Shown here: positions 62,592 through 64,000 of the stretch, in pieces
Layout of the letters: every line of letters starts with the position of its first letter
Position numbering within the stretch: position 1 is the first letter of the stretch
From: Hemiscyllium ocellatum
Taxonomy: Eukaryota
Length of the DNA stretch: 64,000 bases
Direction: 5' to 3'
Assembly: GCF_020745735.1 (NCBI RefSeq)
Contig: NC_083409.1
Span: 19,488,341 to 19,552,340 of the forward strand
Position numbers and translations under genes: made by a program
The notes under the pieces: generated by a model
What the model was told of the DNA's origin: nothing
Databases searched by the model: none
The model's input: the letters and a program-made list of their open reading frames with translations, nothing else

Positions 62592-63115
62592 CTGAAAGAA
62601 ACATGGGGAGAAAGGGAAATCAAACACTGGGATTTAAAGAAGTACACATGACACAACTTTGCCAACTGCACTGAATTCAATGTACTTCTGAATTTTTAAT
62701 TAAGTTTTCTGGCAACTAAGGAATAGCAGGTCTTGATTTTTAGCAAACTACTCCAGTGAGGACCCAAGTTTTCAATTCAATCAGAAAGTTGAAGCATTTT
62801 CTGGATGAGTGCAGCAGAGCCAGACAGGTAAGCCAAAAACAGATAAAGCATTTGCCATTTGAAATAATAGAAAATTCAGATGTAGGATGCAGTGTTCATA
62901 ATCGTGATGTAATGGTACAATATAATATGAACAGTTGCTAAACTGCAGCACTTACCAAAATATTGTCCACCCAATCACGTTTTCTCCTGTCAAATGTCTT
63001 CATCTTCTGCAGTCTGTCTTCTGATATTGCTCCTGGTTGAATCCAAACAACTTCCTAACCTCATTAGAAATGAAGATTTGGGGATAGAAGCACAGGAGAA
63101 ATGGCAACTAATGCA

Positions 63116-63323
63116 CATAGGAGAAAGTGAGGACTGCAGATGCTGGAGATCAGAGCTGACAATGTGTTGCTGGAAAAGCACGGGAAGTCAGGCAGCATCC
63201 AAGGAGCAGGAGAGGCGCGACATTTCGGGCATGATTCCTGAAGAAGGGCTCATGCCCGAAATGTCGACTCTCCTGCTCCTTGGATGTTGCCTGACCTGCT
63301 GCGCTTTTCCAGCAACACATTTT
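63116..63323. mobile_element. Penelope-terminus hairpin insertion with an 11-bp TSD
   Basis: CAACTAATGCA at 63105-63115 and 63324-63334; ~70-bp inverted arms around a CTGAAGAAGGGC loop. Confidence 0.82.
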
Positions 63324-64000
63324 CAACTAATGCATACACCCTAAATACACAGACAAAACAACCTCCAATCCATTATCCTTCCCATAAACTGCTCAATGAA
63401 GACTTTGATGCGTGGACCTGCTGATTCTTTTCCCATTCTGAATGATGTAAAATTGGATGAAACTCAAAGCATGTTCCATTAAACAAAAATCACTAAATGC
63501 TTTAAAACTTAATTATAATTGAAGTGAATAACATCAGTGAGATCCGAAAGCATATACAAAACAACTTTAAGGTAGCATGCAATACTCCCAGATTGTGAGA
63601 AGGTTTGACATTTTCCCTTGCCTAAGACCGAGACGGAGAAATGAGTAATTATTCACTTATCAATTCACCGCATTACATGGTTCAGCACTTTGCCAACAAG
63701 TGCTGGCCTCTGCTCTGTCAAATTCCAAAAATGTTCTGCCTTTAATAGACTGTAGGCAGACAACTGAAGATCAGCACTGTGGGAGGTCTCACAATAATCA
63801 TTGGGGTTGACGTGGATTCATACAGTGGACCCAGCATTTCAGGATGGTCAAATCGTTCTCAGTTTAACAGGTGAGTTCATCAAAGCTATATGATCTAACT
63901 AATGACCACTGCCTCACATGGCTCCAGACAGGAAGTGTTTGAAAGGTATCTTGGCTAACACCGTCAAAGGCAAGTAACACGCCTGGAAATGTTGGTGTGG

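Noticed and set aside
1-64000. CRISPR arrays, rRNA or prokaryotic systems
   Set aside because: Eukaryotic sequence; no regularly spaced repeats with unique spacers and no rRNA similarity.

Overview
Vertebrate genomic DNA from a cartilaginous fish, most likely a carpet-shark relative (inferred from the shark-type HE1 SINEs, CR1/L2/Penelope content and NS4-like Ig sequence). The window holds a tandem pair of cluster-type Ig kappa (type III/NS4-like) light-chain loci. The first is an intact C exon at 4144-4472 whose V/J would lie left of the window. The second is a complete cluster: octamer/TATA promoter, leader exon (35673-35721), a germline-fused V-J with no RSS (35908-36235) that is out of frame at the junction, and an intact C exon (44592-44920). 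Positions 1-~6420 and 41067-~46885 are two copies of one duplicon, each carrying its own later TE insertions. From ~49740 to ~62590 on the minus strand lies an intron-containing, multiply disabled copy of the C-terminal part of CEP350, including the CAP-Gly domain, with a candidate ERV leader (tRNA-His PBS) and a near-full-length CR1 in its introns. Other points of interest are an antisense signal-peptide-like exon 200 bp downstream of J and many short Penelope-terminal hairpin insertions carrying minimal hammerhead ribozyme motifs. A 500-N scaffold gap sits at 22595-23094. No rRNA, true tRNA or CRISPR features were found. TE boundaries are approximate unless a TSD is given. All homology calls come from recalled sequences and were not confirmed by database search.
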